Positions 1-15,489 of a stretch of DNA of 64,000 nt are shown in pieces. The first letter of the stretch is position 1, and each line of letters opens with the position of its first letter. The translations under genes and the position numbers were made by a program. The notes under the pieces are model-generated. The model did not search any database, was not told where the DNA came from, and was given only the letters and a program-made list of their open reading frames with translations. Source of the DNA: Eledone cirrhosa (lineage: Eukaryota); contig CAXHJY010001363.1 of assembly GCA_964016885.1 (NCBI GenBank), positions 1 through 64,000 on the forward strand, written 5' to 3'.

Positions 1-2
1 AT

Positions 3-1445
3 TACTCATCTATCACTCCTAATCTACTGAATAAAGCACTAACTTACGCATTTAAACATACAGACCTAACTAGCAATGAAATGCACATTATATTATCGGC
101 ACGGAAAACATTAATAGAATTTAATAACCAGCTCTGGACTAGGGCAGATAGAAATAATAATTTCGATATAACTACGGGATCATCCGATTCCGCTCAAGTA
201 ACGGATCTTGTGGGCCTCTTTATAAATAATTCTCTACATAGAAAAATACCTGAGATAACCGGAGGTTCATATCGTGACGACATGCTTTTACTTACAGAAA
301 ATAATAACTGTGAACTAAATAGAAAAAGAAAACAAATTATACAATTTTTTAATTACCTTGATCTATAAGTAGAAATAGAGAATAACCATAAAATAGTTAA
401 CTTTCTAGATGTAACACTAAATCTTAACACATGTCTTCATTATCCATTTCACAAACTAAATGAGAACTTAAACTACGTCAATTTTAACTCTAATCACCCC
501 AGATCTGTTAAAAATACTATAGTGAACTCTGTACAGGAACGAATTTCGAGAATTTCAGCTAATAAGAATATATTTGATGAAAAAGCACATTATTACAACG
601 AAGCGTTAGGTAGAGCTGGGTATAGAAATAAAATTAAATACATCGATAATAATAATAATATAACAACTAACCATAATCGTAACAATTTTAACTATGGTAA
701 CAATTTTAACAACTATAATAGAAAACCTGGCATTAATTCCGAAAGCGGAAAAAGAAATAGAACTAGGAACATATTATGGTTCGCTCCTCCTTTTTCATTA
801 AATATTAAAACCCCTATTGCTAAACTATTTTTTAAAGCTCTTGACAAATGCTTCCCTAGAACACATAGATATTACTCAATTTTTAATAGACATACTATAA
901 AATTAACTTATTCTTCCACCAAAAATTTAGCGCAAAATATTAATAGAATTAATAATAGAAATTTAAAACCTAACCAAAATACCATTAATAACCCAAGCAA
1001 TATCCAATTTGATAAATGTAACTGTAGAAATAAATCTAACTGTCCGTTAAATAACAATTGCTTAGCTAAAAATATAGTATATAATTGTAATGTAAAAACT
1101 AATTTAAATTCATTTAATTATGTGGGATCCACTTCCACAGAGTTTAAATCCCGCTTCAATAATCATAAAAATTCTTTTACAGATCCAAACAAAAAATCGT
1201 CAACTTCTCTATCTAGCCTATTATGGGACCTCAAACTAAAGAACGTTGAATATTCGTTGATTTGGAATATTATTTCAAAATCTACTCCTTTTAACTCCTC
1301 TTCAGAAAATTGTGATCTTTGTATAGAGGAAATATTCTTTATATTAAAGACCAAAAATTCCCTGAACTTAAGAAATAATTTATTCAATTGCTGTAGACAT
1401 AGATTAAACTCAACGTTTAAATATAAATATAAATTTAAAATGTAA
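3..1445 (+). mobile_element. Penelope-like retroelement ORF (RT + C-terminal GIY-YIG endonuclease), 5' end outside window, one in-frame TAA at 366-368
   Basis: Frame 3 is open from nt 3 (YSSITP..). It holds RT motifs GSSDSAQVTDLVG and YRDD, then after TAA continues in frame with VNFLDVTL and SNHP into ORF 522-1445. Later motifs: CNCRNKSNCPL linker, NIVY...YVGST..FKSRFNNH (GIY-YIG), CDLCIEE, CCRH. Confidence 0.92.
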
Positions 1446-1585
1446 TATATAATTAATTAATTAATTTTATTAATATATTGAACCTATCGATAAATCATTA
1501 GATTCCTTCATCATTTTTTACTGATTATACACTCAAGTAAAAATAACTTTTCTTCCTAAATATAAATAAATATAATAAACTATTC

Positions 1586-1639
1586 TAGAGAAATATACTG
1601 AGAGCTCTTGAAAGGAGAAAATATTTCTTATATTTTCTA
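1586..1639 (+). ncRNA. Degenerate hammerhead-like motif in the PLE 3' region
   Basis: tagagaaatata-CTGAGA-gctcttgaaagga-GAAA-atatttct-tatattttcta. Flanks pair as stem I, but the core lacks one nt. Confidence 0.3.
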
Positions 1640-2514
1640 TTTTTTATTGTTTGATAGCTTCTCATATTTTCGAAATTTTATCCTTTCAAAGTTTCTGTTT
1701 ATTTCCCTTATGGATATAAAATTAAGTTAAATATACGTAGAAAATTTCTATACGAAATCTATTAAACATACTATTATTTTGAAATTATAACTCCAAATAT
1801 TCTATAATATTTTAAAATGATATTGTTTTCAAAGTTATATTGCTTATAATTATATTTCCAAATCGTAATATAATTCTTTTGTATTTTATGTACTCAATTA
1901 TATTATGTACTGTATTTATATATACTTCTCTCTATATGTATGTATATATGTATATGTGTGTATTGACATACATGTACATATGTTTTTATGCGTGTATGTC
2001 TATCTGTATGTATATATATATACGTGACGCGTATCTACCTATTTGTTGAGGGTACATATATGTATGTATATGTGGGAATTGTGTATGTACATGTGCGTGT
2101 ATATCCATACAATTCGATTGCACTTATGTATAGTGATTATCCCAAGATTCGTGACAGATATACATATAATATATATGTATATTCCATTCATGATAATTAA
2201 CATTTCTAATTTTATTTATTCATTCATCTCAATTGTTAAGTTAACTCAACAAGATATGACTTAGAGTTTTCGTTCACTCTCCTTTTCTCTGTCTCCTCTC
2301 TCTATCTTTCTCTCTCTGTTGTTCCGGTTTTTCTCTCTCTTTCCTTCTCTATCTTTCTCTTTCTCCGTAACCCAACGGTTTATTTTAAAAATAAAAATAT
2401 CCAATACTAATAATATAATTAAAGCTACAACTCCACTATCCGGGAGCTTCCAACAGAAATGGTTGCATTCTTTAAGGGTATGTCAATATTTATTTAAAAA
2501 ACTGATCTATATTA

Positions 2515-2579
2515 TATTTTATCTGATGAAAGCACACCATAATATAACTTGGTGTCCTTGAAATATGTATAATGAAATA
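2515..2579 (+). ncRNA. Minimal type I hammerhead ribozyme in a PLE pLTR-like fragment (~2380-2621)
   Basis: Stem I tattttat/atgaaata; CTGATGA 2523-29; stem II aagcacacc/ggtgtcctt; GAAA 2560-63; near-palindromic stem III; cleavage after AUA (2571). Confidence 0.75.
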
Positions 2580-2619
2580 AATATGGTTTTATAAATATAG
2601 TTTCCATTTGTTAATATCG

Positions 2620-2662
<43 letters not shown>

Positions 2663-2924
2663 ATGTATGTATATGTATATATATGTATGTATGTATGTAT
2701 GTATATATATATGTATATGTATATATGTATATATGCGTGTATGTATATATATATGTATATTAGAAATTGGAATAAATGCTCTGAAATAGCGATATATATG
2801 TGAATATAGACATAGAATATTCGAAAATATTCTGTATGTTTATAATAAACATTTTGAAGACCTAATCGCTATAGAATAGAATACGTCACGTATTACAATT
2901 AGATTCTCGATAAAAGCAAGGGAA

Positions 2925-2967
2925 GTAATCTACGCGTTTCATTCTCGTTAGAAATCATCAGGACTAC
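2925..2967 (-). ncRNA. Minimal type I hammerhead ribozyme (also at 3235, 3545, 3855, 4165, 4475, 4785)
   Basis: Minus strand reads gtagtc-CTGATGA-tttct aacg agaat-GAAA-CGCGTA-gattac. Confidence 0.9.
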
Positions 2968-5201
2968 ATATCCAGTGCTTTTATCGAGAATGACACAGCT
3001 AGAGACTTATAGAATACTTAGCTGTGTACAGGAACTGGTTTGAAAGAGCGGTTGCCGGTCCGGCAGAAATTAGAAATTGGAATAAATGCTCTGAAATAGC
3101 GATATATATGTGAATATAGACATAGAATATTCGAAAATATTCTGTATGTTTATAATAAACATTTTGAAGACCTAATCGCTATAGAATAGAATACGTCACG
3201 TATTACAATTAGATTCTCGATAAAAGCAAGGGAAGTAATCTACGCGTTTCATTCTCGTTAGAAATCATCAGGACTACATATCCAGTGCTTTTATCGAGAA
3301 TGACACAGCTAGAGACTTATAGAATACTTAGCTGTGTACAGGAACTGGTTTGAAAGAGCGGTTGCCGGTCCGGCAGAAATTAGAAATTGGAATAAATGCT
3401 CTGAAATAGCGATATATATGTGAATATAGACATAGAATATTCGAAAATATTCTGTATGTTTATAATAAACATTTTGAAGACCTAATCGCTATAGAATAGA
3501 ATACGTCACGTATTACAATTAGATTCTCGATAAAAGCAAGGGAAGTAATCTACGCGTTTCATTCTCGTTAGAAATCATCAGGACTACATATCCAGTGCTT
3601 TTATCGAGAATGACACAGCTAGAGACTTATAGAATACTTAGCTGTGTACAGGAACTGGTTTGAAAGAGCGGTTGCCGGTCCGGCAGAAATTAGAAATTGG
3701 AATAAATGCTCTGAAATAGCGATATATATGTGAATATAGACATAGAATATTCGAAAATATTCTGTATGTTTATAATAAACATTTTGAAGACCTAATCGCT
3801 ATAGAATAGAATACGTCACGTATTACAATTAGATTCTCGATAAAAGCAAGGGAAGTAATCTACGCGTTTCATTCTCGTTAGAAATCATCAGGACTACATA
3901 TCCAGTGCTTTTATCGAGAATGACACAGCTAGAGACTTATAGAATACTTAGCTGTGTACAGGAACTGGTTTGAAAGAGCGGTTGCCGGTCCGGCAGAAAT
4001 TAGAAATTGGAATAAATGCTCTGAAATAGCGATATATATGTGAATATAGACATAGAATATTCGAAAATATTCTGTATGTTTATAATAAACATTTTGAAGA
4101 CCTAATCGCTATAGAATAGAATACGTCACGTATTACAATTAGATTCTCGATAAAAGCAAGGGAAGTAATCTACGCGTTTCATTCTCGTTAGAAATCATCA
4201 GGACTACATATCCAGTGCTTTTATCGAGAATGACACAGCTAGAGACTTATAGAATAATTAGCTGTGTACAGGAACTGGTTTGAAAGAGCGGTTGCCGGTC
4301 CGGCAGAAATTAGAAATTGGAATAAATGCTCTGAAATAGCGATATATATGTGAATATAGACATAGAATATTCGAAAATATTCTGTATGTTTATAATAAAC
4401 ATTTTGAAGACCTAATCGCTATAGAATAGAATACGTCACGTATTACAATTAGATTCTCGATAAAAGCAAGGGAAGTAATCTACGCGTTTCATTCTCGTTA
4501 GAAATCATCAGGACTACATATCCAGTGCTTTTATCGAGAATGACACAGCTAGAGACTTATAGAATACTTAGCTGTGTACAGGAACTGGTTTGAAAGAGCG
4601 GTTGCCGGTCCGGCAGAAATTAGAAATTGGAATAAATGCTCTGAAATAGCGATATATATGTGAATATAGACATAGAATATTCGAAAATATTCTGTATGTT
4701 TATAATAAACATTTTGAAGACCTAATCGCTATAGAATAGAATACGTCACGTATTACAATTAGATTCTCGATAAAAGCAAGGGAAGTAATCTACGCGTTTC
4801 ATTCTCGTTAGAAATCATCAGGACTACATATCCAGTGCTTTTATCGAGAATGACACAGCTAGAGACTTATAGAATACTTAGCTGTGTACAGGAACTGGTT
4901 TGAAAGAGCGGTTGCCGGTCCGGCAGAAATTAGAAATTGGAATAAATGCTCTGAAATAGCGATATATATGTGAATATAGACATAGAATATTCGAAAATAT
5001 TCTGTATGTTTATAATAAACATTTTGAAGACCTAATCGCTATAGAATAGAATACGTCACGTATTACAATTAGATTCAGAGCATTTATTCCAATTTCTAAT
5101 TTCTGCCGGACCGGCAACCGCTCTTTCAAACCAGTTCCTGTACACAGCTAAGTATTCTATAAGTCTCTAGCTGTGTCATTCTCGATAAAAGCACTGGATA
5201 T

Positions 5202-5244
5202 GTAGTCCTGATGATTTCTAACGAGAATGAAACGCGTAGATTAC
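5202..5244 (+). ncRNA. Minimal type I hammerhead ribozyme (also at 5511, 5821, 6131, 6441)
   Basis: Stem I gtagtc/gattac; CTGATGA 5208-14; stem II ttct/agaa; GAAA 5229-32; palindromic stem III ACGCGT; cleavage after GUA (5238). Confidence 0.9.
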
Positions 5245-6607
5245 TTCCCTTGCTTTTATCGAGAATCTAATTGTAATACGTGACGTATTCTATTCTATAG
5301 CGATTAGGTCTTCAAATGTTTATTATAAACATACAGAATATTTTCGAATATTCTATGTCTATATTCACATATATATCGCTATTTCAGAGCATTTATTCCA
5401 ATTTCTAATTTCTGCCGGACCGGCAACCGCTCTTTCAAACCAGTTCCTGTACACAGCTAAGTATTCTATAAGTCTCTAGCTGTGTCATTCTCGATAAAAG
5501 CACTGGATATGTAGTCCTGATGATTTCTAACGAGAATGAAACGCGTAGATTACTTCCCTTGCTTTTATCGAGAATCTAATTGTAATACGTGACGTATTCT
5601 ATTCTATAGCGATTAGGTCTTCAAAATGTTTATTATAAACATACAGAATATTTTCGAATATTCTATGTCTATATTCACATATATATCGCTATTTCAGAGC
5701 ATTTATTCCAATTTCTAATTTCTGCCGGACCGGCAACCGCTCTTTCAAACCAGTTCCTGTACACAGCTAAGTATTCTATAAGTCTCTAGCTGTGTCATTC
5801 TCGATAAAAGCACTGGATATGTAGTCCTGATGATTTCTAACGAGAATGAAACGCGTAGATTACTTCCCTTGCTTTTATCGAGAATCTAATTGTAATACGT
5901 GACGTATTCTATTCTATAGCGATTAGGTCTTCAAAATGTTTATTATAAACATACAGAATATTTTCGAATATTCTATGTCTATATTCACATATATATCGCT
6001 ATTTCAGAGCATTTATTCCAATTTCTAATTTCTGCCGGACCGGCAACCGCTCTTTCAAACCAGTTCCTGTACACAGCTAAGTATTCTATAAGTCTCTAGC
6101 TGTGTCATTCTCGATAAAAGCACTGGATATGTAGTCCTGATGATTTCTAACGAGAATGAAACGCGTAGATTACTTCCCTTGCTTTTATCGAGAATCTAAT
6201 TGTAATACGTGACGTATTCTATTCTATAGCGATTAGGTCTTCAAAATGTTTATTATAAACATACAGAATATTTTCGAATATTCTATGTCTATATTCACAT
6301 ATATATCGCTATTTCAGAGCATTTATTCCAATTTCTAATTTCTGCCGGACCGGCAACCGCTCTTTCAAACCAGTTCCTGTACACAGCTAAGTATTCTATA
6401 AGTCTCTAGCTGTGTCATTCTCGATAAAAGCACTGGATATGTAGTCCTGATGATTTCTAACGAGAATGAAACGCGTAGATTACTTCCCTTGCTTTTATCG
6501 AGAATCTAATTGTAATACGTGACGTATTCTATTCTATAGCGATTAGGTCTTCAAAATGTTTATTATAAACATACAGAATATTTTCGAATATTCTATGTCT
6601 ATATTCA

Positions 6608-9815
<3,208 letters not shown>

Positions 9816-9850
9816 ATGATGGCTGCCCCCTCCTTATCGAGTATGGCCAT
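9816..9850 (-). mobile_element. RTE-type 3' terminal hairpin fragment
   Basis: Reverse complement tggccatactcgataaggagggggcagccatcatg resembles the 3' end of the RTE fragment at 36858-36892. Confidence 0.45.
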
Positions 9851-9980
9851 TGCACGATATAACATTATTAATAATTATTTATTAATTCTATCGTGCAATG
9901 CCTGTGCGTGAAGATATTTTTTTAAGTGAGGAAAGGACTGTGCACTGATCCAATCCCACTCTCTGAATATATATACATAC

Positions 9981-10014
<34 letters not shown>

Positions 10015-10180
10015 TACATGTATATATATATATATATATACATAGATATATATAGATATATATACCTAAATATAGATATATATACATACATATAGAATAT
10101 ATATATATACTATACATATAGATATATATACATACATATAGATATATATACATACATATAGATATATATACATACATACA

Positions 10181-10256
<76 letters not shown>

Positions 10257-10592
10257 TATACAGTGTAGTGCTTGTGTTGGTGATTGAATTGTTGTGGAAT
10301 TTTGTGATCTTTAATTCTATTTCTTAGCCAGTTCCACTGGGCTTTGAAATTTGTAAAAGTGTTTTTTGTTTCATTTATTGATGTGTTAGTATATTGTGGT
10401 ATTGATAAATATTTGATCATCGGGGAATAAGTGTTGTTTGTTCATGGAAATTAATGTATGGAGTAAGTACATGGTAATGCCCAAGGAAGAGCTGCTGTAG
10501 TTAGTTTAATAAGGTGTCTTAAGATGTAAAGAGAATCTGCTTGCGATTCTGTTGTCTCCCCTTCGGGTCCTTGCATTGTTTTGTGTTTTGTT

Positions 10593-10703
10593 CAAAGACG
10601 TGTTATTGTAGTCTCCAACTCAAAGACGTGTTATTGTAGTCTCCAACTCAAAGTCGTGTTATTGTAGTCTCCAACTCAAAGACGTGTTATTGTAGTCACC
10701 AAC
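10593..10703. repeat. 28-bp minisatellite x4
   Basis: caaagacgtgttattgtagtctccaact repeated. Confidence 0.9.
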
Positions 10704-10740
10704 TAATCTCGATATATGATCTGATAGTATAACCTGGACA

Positions 10741-11035
10741 TGGCGGTGAATTCACCGAGAGGTTAGAATGTCGAATAGTATGCTTTGTGGTAATTCAGTC
10801 CGGCTATCTACTCTCTGAGGTCAACCTTGCCTTTCATCCATTTAGAGTCGATAAAAAAGTACCAGTCTAATACTGGGGTCGATTCTTCCTCTATATCTCT
10901 TTCTCACTTCCTCTCTTTATCTCTTACTTTATATCCTTCACTGGAAGAAATCTGCTGTACACAGACTTGGAGAAAGTTAGGCTCTGCTAAGTTTTAAATG
11001 TCCAGGAAACGTCGTATGTCAATACAGCGCCTCTA
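10741..11035 (+). mobile_element. tRNA-derived SINE, long-tailed subfamily (copies at ~48400-48930, 60020-60340, 62000-62330 on minus)
   Basis: Shares the gcctttcatcc...gtcgataaaa..gtaccagt core, followed by a CT-rich segment and ggaagaaatctgct...ttttaaatg tail found in the other copies. Confidence 0.7.
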
Positions 11036-11994
11036 CATAACACATAACATATAACCTGAACAGTTGGTTAAGTTGGCGCTGGCATATAATATACGTTTTA
11101 GATATTATTGTGTTTCTTGTCGTTGGACTCCATTTTGAATTCCCTGTTGCTCTCGTGTTTTGTTTTGTCCTTCAAGTTGTAAAGCGTTGTTTTGGCTATC
11201 AATGTATTGAATACATTAGTTTATGTATATTTTGAGGCATCCACTAGAGTTTGTCCTCTCATATAGTATTGGAATACAATTAAAGATCTGACAGGCCCTG
11301 TGTTGGGCTTATAATTTTGTTTCTTGTGAAAGCCATGTATGATCATAACATATTTTAGTTCCCATAAAAATGTTTTTAGACCGATAATGTCACAGTTCTT
11401 TAAAATCTTTTGTGTTATGTTTATATTTATGCTTCTAGGAATTATCTTTTTTATATAGAGTGCTGGAATATGTTTGATCTATTCAATGGTTAACTTTCTC
11501 ATTGAGAAGGGAGATGCCGGTGATAGTTTTATAATGTTCTTGTTATATCCCCACTCCCTTCCTTTCCTTTCGTTGTTTAAATTCTTCTTTCGTTTTATTT
11601 TTTATTTTATTTTATTTTCCTTCTTCTCTTCATCTGTTTATTGCTTTTATATAATTTTTTTTTTTTTTTGTAAATAAGTTTCTTTTTTGACGCTAGATGG
11701 AGCTACAAATAGGTCCTGGTTTCAGATGTAATTATCCAGAGTTTTCGTAAATGGTACTATTTCATTACATTTGTACGAGAATTGTACTGTAAGACACTTC
11801 CCATTGTAGAGGCATTAACATTTTATTCCTGCAGAACCTCTTCATTTCGGGTTTCCTCTCTAGATATTGGACCGCGTTTTTCTTTGACTGTTTCGATGCG
11901 TCGAATCATCTTCACCGTTGGTCCAGCATTAAAGCCGCGACTGTCCACTTTTCTTTTCTTTTCATACATACATATATGTATGTATGTATGTATG

Positions 11995-12787
11995 TTCTTC
12001 TGGTTTTATAATTTCACAAAGTTTTACCAATAGAGAGGGAGTCGGTTTCTAACATAGACACAAGAATCTCTCATTGGAATTTACACAACATCAACTAGGT
12101 AGATATGTATGTATGCATGTGTAGATATGGATGTTATTGTATGTGTGGATGTGTATGTTTTGAGTTGTATGTGTGCATGTGTATATGCTTTGTATCTGTA
12201 CATGTATCTGTACATGTGTATATGCAGTTATTAGATGCAACATTTTTGGAACGTTTTACATATTTTTACTGTTCCATTAATGGATTGTACTTGTAATTTC
12301 CTAACTAGTTGTGTTCTTTCCGATCCTGTGAAGCCCAGCTTCTCAATATTTGTATTGAGGCAGTTACTAACATATCCTAGTGCCCCAATAATCACAGGCA
12401 TAAATCTGAAGGTGTAATCAGGGTGGAGTATCTGCAGATTTCTCATCAGTTCTGCATAAATATTCTCCTTTTCACTAATCTTTGATATTATATTGGCATC
12501 TGCTGGGCAGCTAATTTCCACTACTGTGCATGCTTTCTTCTCCCTGTCCCATATCATAATATCTGATCTGTTATGCCTGCATTTTATTGGGGTTTTTACT
12601 GGAATATTCCACCAGTACTCTTTCATATTATGTACATGGATGTCTTCCACATTGCTGTAGCTTTTAATGTGTTTATTATCGGGGCTATCTTTCTTACGGA
12701 TTGCATTGTACAGTGTTTTGGCCACTACATCATGCCTCATAGGTAGATAGTACCGCGATGACATCTTTGGACAGCTGCTGATATAAT
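11995..12787 (-). mobile_element. 3' fragment of a non-LTR retrotransposon with restriction-like endonuclease (R4/NeSL-like)
   Basis: ORF 12231-12851 holds ISSC...RHD (end of CCHC knuckle), RSDIMIWD..VVEISCP..KENIY (PD-(D/E)xK-like) and PVIIGALG. Confidence 0.8.
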
Positions 12788-12864
12788 TTAACTTGGTGTC
12801 CTTGAAATATGTATAATGAAATAAATATGGTTTTATAAATATAGTTTCCATTTGTTAATATATC

Positions 12865-12868
<4 letters not shown>
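12784..12868 (+). mobile_element. Second, 5'-truncated copy of the pLTR-like fragment at 2539-2621
   Basis: Near-identical aacttggtgtccttgaaatatgtataatgaaataaatatggttttataaatatagtttccatttgttaata, ending in (TA)n. Confidence 0.85.
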
Positions 12869-12937
<69 letters not shown>

Positions 12938-13340
12938 ACTAGTCAAAATAGTACGTGCAGCGTTCATGATATTTTGGAGAAAAGGATATAGGAAACCACG
13001 ATTCCAACGTTACTTCAGAAGGAAGGAAGGCATCGCGTTTTACTCAAATAAGAAAGTTGCTCCGAATGCGTGTCAACTTCTCTGAAGGAACTCTAGGGCC
13101 CATTTGTGATATTCAATCTATGATATAAGAGAATTCCCAAATGTGTCCCGCATTATGATCGCCCATTTTAAGAACCATCCCTTTGAATGTAAAATATTTT
13201 ATTTCAGTCTATTTCACCCAGTATTTTTATGCATTTTTATGGTAATATTAGAAATATATCTAGCTACTATTTCCAGCCGAAATTTGTGCTGGTAGTATCG
13301 ACAGCAACAAAACGTCATCCACCAGATTTTTGAAAGGCCA

Positions 13341-13764
<424 letters not shown>

Positions 13765-13799
13765 TATATATATATATATGGAGAGAGGGAGAGATGATA

Positions 13800-14177
13800 G
13801 ATAGATATGTTTCTTTATTAGCCACAGGGGCACAAAAGAAGGGGACAAATACAAAGGGGGAAGTTTACATACAATAAAAACGTGTAAAATACTATCACAA
13901 ATGCAATTTAAAAATTAATCGATTTTCCCCAATAGGGGGAGACATTACATATGGGTAACGCATGCCCCCGAAAAAATGTGCAACCCTCATCTCCAGGAGT
14001 ACGAAGAGTGAGTATCCCTTTCCTATCTTCCTCTTTTTGCTCAACCTACAGGCTGATATAGAGAGAAGGCCCATTCACTCGGGCAATTCTCGCCACTTTC
14101 ACCCACCTTTCATAAAACTTGCTGGGGTACAGCACCTCTCTCTCCATCCTGACTCTTCTTGAGTGGTATTTGAAAAT
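13800..14177 (-). mobile_element. Tx1/L1-like LINE 3' end (copy of 31690-32066)
   Basis: Reverse complement matches 31690-32066. Confidence 0.65.
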
Positions 14178-14329
14178 GATTATGTCCTGTAAATAACCAC
14201 CATATTGATACATGTCAGACTCAGTGATACTGTGGACAATATATCACATGATAACATCTTTTATGTTTTGAATTCAAATCCCGCCGAGGTCAGCAATTCC
14301 TTTTGTCTCTGTGACATTGATAAATAAGT

Positions 14330-15160
14330 AGCAGTATGATTTTACTATTAGTATTGTTACTAACAACATCAGTTGAGTTCTGTTGGTATTATACAAACAG
14401 TACCAATATAATGTTGGTGTTTTTAGTATAATACTAACAGTACTAGTATAATATTGTTACTATTATTACTAACAATATTAGTATAATTTTACTATACTAC
14501 TAACAGATCTCTGCGACATAATGCAGTATACATCTGTTATTATACTACTAAAACTACCAGTAAAATGATATTAGTATTATTACTAACAGAACTAGTATAA
14601 TGTTAGTAGTATTACTAACACTACCAGTATAATGTTGTTAGTATTATTATTAACAGAACTGGTATAATGATATTAGTATTATTACTAACACTACAAGTAT
14701 AATATTATTATTATTACTAACACTACCAGTATAATGTTAATATTATTACTAACATAACTGGTACAATGATGTTAGTATTATTACTAACATAACCAGTATA
14801 ATGTTAGTAGTATTACTAACATAACCAGTATAATGTTAGTAGTATTACTAACATAACCAGTGTAATGTTAGTATTATTACTAACAGAACTGGCATAATGA
14901 TGTTAGTATTACTACTAACATAACCAGTATAATGTTAGTAATATTACTAACATAACCAGTGTAATGTTAGTATTATTACTAACAGAACTAGTATAATTAT
15001 GTTAGTATTATTACTACCACTACTAGTATAATGTTGTTATTATTATTACTAACATTACTAGTATAACGTATAACGTTGTTAGTAATATTATTAACATAAC
15101 CAGTATAATGTTGTTAGTATTATTACTAACAGTATTATATTGGTACTATTAGTACCCCAC
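14330..15160. repeat. Degenerate ~31-34 bp minisatellite
   Basis: agtattattactaacataaccagtataatgtt variants. Confidence 0.85.
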
Positions 15161-15489
15161 TAACATATTTCTCGTTTATGTTGAAGTTAAAAATCATTGT
15201 TAATATCGGATGATATTGAAATAATGTCTTCTGAAACCACTTATATTTAGCCATATAATATATTATATTCTGATAAACCACTTATATTTAGCTATATTTT
15301 TATTATTATTTGTATTAACTCAACAAGCGATACATTTTATTGTGTTTATTGTTTAACATATCAAAGAACGAGTGAGATCCGAATTGTTCTCTATCTCCTC
15401 CATTTTTCCAGTAGAATTCTGTTATTTGTTTTTAAAAATCATTTTATATCACGGAAGCATGATTAGACTATCGACAAAGCTACGACGGT

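Larger units (their letters stand above)
2759..6607. repeat. 310-bp tandem array, ~7.5 units (2759-5076) fused to ~4.9 inverted units (5077-6607); retrozyme-like
   Basis: Units start at 2761, 3071, 3381, 3691, 4001, 4311, 4621 and 4931. The reverse complement follows from 5077. Only one substitution (~4257) and one 1-bp deletion (~5315) were noticed. Flanked by TA-rich microsatellite. Confidence 0.97.

Noticed and set aside
366-368. Selenocysteine recoding of the PLE in-frame stop
   Set aside because: The codon is TAA, not TGA; a simple nonsense mutation is more likely.
2759-6607. CRISPR-like interpretation of the regular arrays (310, 116, 99 and 80 bp)
   Set aside because: Units repeat in full with no unique spacers; no cas genes; eukaryotic context.
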